From Macrostomum lignano (taxonomy: Eukaryota), in the NCBI GenBank assembly GCA_002269645.1, contig NIVC01004692.1, forward strand, positions 1 through 37,910: a stretch of DNA of 37,910 bases, read 5' to 3'. The notes beneath the pieces were generated by a model. The model saw only the letters and a program-made list of their open reading frames with translations. It made no database searches and was not told the DNA's origin. Below are positions 36,401 through 37,910 of this stretch, piece by piece (the stretch's first letter is position 1; each line of letters starts with the position of its first letter). The position numbers were made by a program, and so were the translations under genes.

Positions 36401-36534
36401 TGACAGCAGCTCTTTGATTGAGACGCCGCGGCCTCTGCCTAGCAGGGGCATCTCGGTGCGCAGCAGGAACAGCAGTGCCGCTGCACTTATCAGGCAGAAG
36501 ATGCCCAGCTTGTTTAGCCTGAGACGGCACACGC
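33442..36534 (-). CDS. BPNT2: Golgi-resident PAP 3'-phosphatase (gPAPP; inositol monophosphatase family), 3 recognisable exons, initiating ATG not located
   Basis: Exon 36534-36032 (TM anchor LGIFCLISAAALLFLL; PVTKADLASN; VVSEE; WVDPLDGTQEFTE), exon 35092-34763 (VCVAYRGTPLLGVLHFPF…ISRSH…GAGYKLL), exon 33705-33442 (GLADNYLH…IKKWDLCAGQAILEAMGG…*). DPLDGT and WD-x-CAG motifs plus the N-terminal anchor fit IMPAD1/BPNT2. Confidence 0.9.
33905..34605. repeat. 30-bp minisatellite (ggatgccaagtggctcatggggaatggcta), about 22 copies, BPNT2 last intron
   Basis: Direct reading. Confidence 0.95.
35200..35860. repeat. 20-22-bp CT-rich minisatellite (ctctgcctctatctcactgt), BPNT2 intron
   Basis: Direct reading. 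Confidence 0.93.
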
Positions 36535-36589
36535 CTGCAGTTGGCAACGGTTTGATATTGCTGCTTTAGGGTAACTTAGAATTGGGGAT

Positions 36590-37270
36590 CTGTGGAGGCC
36601 CAGCAACTGAGGACCTGGGAGGCTGGCCCAGCAACTGAGGATCTGGGAGGCTGGCCCAGCAACTGACACTCTTGGAGGCTGGCCCAGCAACTGAGGATTT
36701 GGGAGGCTGGCCCAGCAACTGACGATCTGGGTGGCTGGCCCAGCAACTGACACTCTGGGAGGCTGGCCCTGCAACTGACACTCTGGGAGGCTGGCCCAGC
36801 AACTGAGGATTTGGGAGGCTGGCCCAGCAACTGAGGATCTGGGAGGCTGGCCCAGCAACTGAGGATCTGGGAGGCTGGCCCCGCAACTGAGGATCTGGGA
36901 GGCTGGCCCAGCAACTGAGGATTTGGGAGGCTGGCCCAGCAACTGACACTCTGGGAGGCTGGCCCTGCAACTGACACTCTGGGAGGCTGGCCCAGCAACT
37001 GAGGATTTGGGAGGCTGGCCCAGCAATTGAGGATCTGGGAGGCTGGCCCAGCAACTGAGGATCTGGGAGGCTGGCCCAGCAACTGACACTCTGGGAGGCT
37101 GGCCCTGCAACTGAGGATCTGGAGGCTGGCCCAGCAACTGACACTCTGGGAGGCTGGATCAGAAACTGAAGATCTGGGAGGCTTGCCCAGCAACTGAGGA
37201 TCTGGGAGGCTTGCCCAGCAACTGAGGATCTGAGAGGCTGGCCCAGCAACTGAGGATCTGAGAGGCTGGT
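36590..37270. repeat. 28-bp minisatellite (gaggctggcccagcaactgaggatctgg), about 24 copies, immediately upstream of the first recognisable BPNT2 exon
   Basis: Direct reading. Confidence 0.95.
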
Positions 37271-37910
37271 GATGGCAAGAACAGAATACTACTCCTAATT
37301 AAACAACCCCAAGTAAAGTCAGTGAAAGCTAGTTAACATCATAGAAAACCCAAGTAAATAAAGCAATGCCTGGGATTTTATTTAAGGAACTGTAAAAATG
37401 ATTTGTAATTAAATAAGATAAGATATGATTGATTATTACAATAACCAACAGAAAAATTATATCACAATAAGCTAGACATTCTGTCGCATGATAAAGGTAG
37501 ATTATTAATAATAATTGAGATGGTAAAGATTTCAAATAATACTTATACAATAATAGAGGCTGTCTAAGCCACAGAGTTAGTGGAGTTAGCAATTTTGGTG
37601 GAGAAAAAAGATAGCTAAGTGTTAGAGAAGGAATGTGCATGAGAATACGAATATGCAGAATTTACACTGGATTTTTTAAGCCATACCGCATACCAAAAAA
37701 GACAAAAAGGCTTAGCTAGATTGAGACAAAAAATCCATTTAGCAAGCCATCGACGATACACACTACTTATCAAGCCAGTAGTATAGTTAGTACTATACAT
37801 AGTTAAATAAAAAATAATATCAGCGGCCATTAGGAAATGAGCAAAACAAAGGTTTTTATTTTGCAATATGCCTACTAAAAGTAGGGTGTAAGAGACGTTT
37901 TGGAAAAAAA

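Noticed and set aside
33953-37249. MPSGSWGMAR, CQVAHGE, LSLCLYLTV and LLGQPPR repeat ORFs
   Set aside because: They lie in BPNT2 introns or immediately upstream and are translations of minisatellites.

Overview
Intron-rich, GC-rich-exon eukaryotic (animal) genomic DNA; the style suggests a flatworm such as Macrostomum, which is inference only. Six spliced genes can be reconstructed by hand: SPAG6/PF16 (-, 6 exons, one 1-bp frameshift); a MARCH-like RING-variant two-TM E3 ligase (+); an unknown secreted ~1,170-aa Arg-rich tandem-repeat protein (-); PIGW (-); PIGL (-); and BPNT2/IMPAD1 (-). The window also holds three truncated RTE-type LINE fragments, a 3.6-kb non-autonomous DNA transposon with 24-bp TIRs, a TTA target-site duplication and inverted heptamer arms, and about 20 unrelated mini/microsatellite arrays, most of them intronic. 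The most striking observation is that PIGL and PIGW, consecutive enzymes of GPI-anchor synthesis, are head-to-tail with overlapping or near-abutting reading frames and no intervening polyA signal, like an operon or bicistron. PIGL and BPNT2 have no in-frame ATG in their first recognisable exon, which points to spliced-leader trans-splicing or an unusual upstream exon. Most long ORFs in the supplied track are repeat artefacts. Several single-base homopolymer deletions suggest long-read assembly errors, so frame-dependent claims need read or RNA confirmation.
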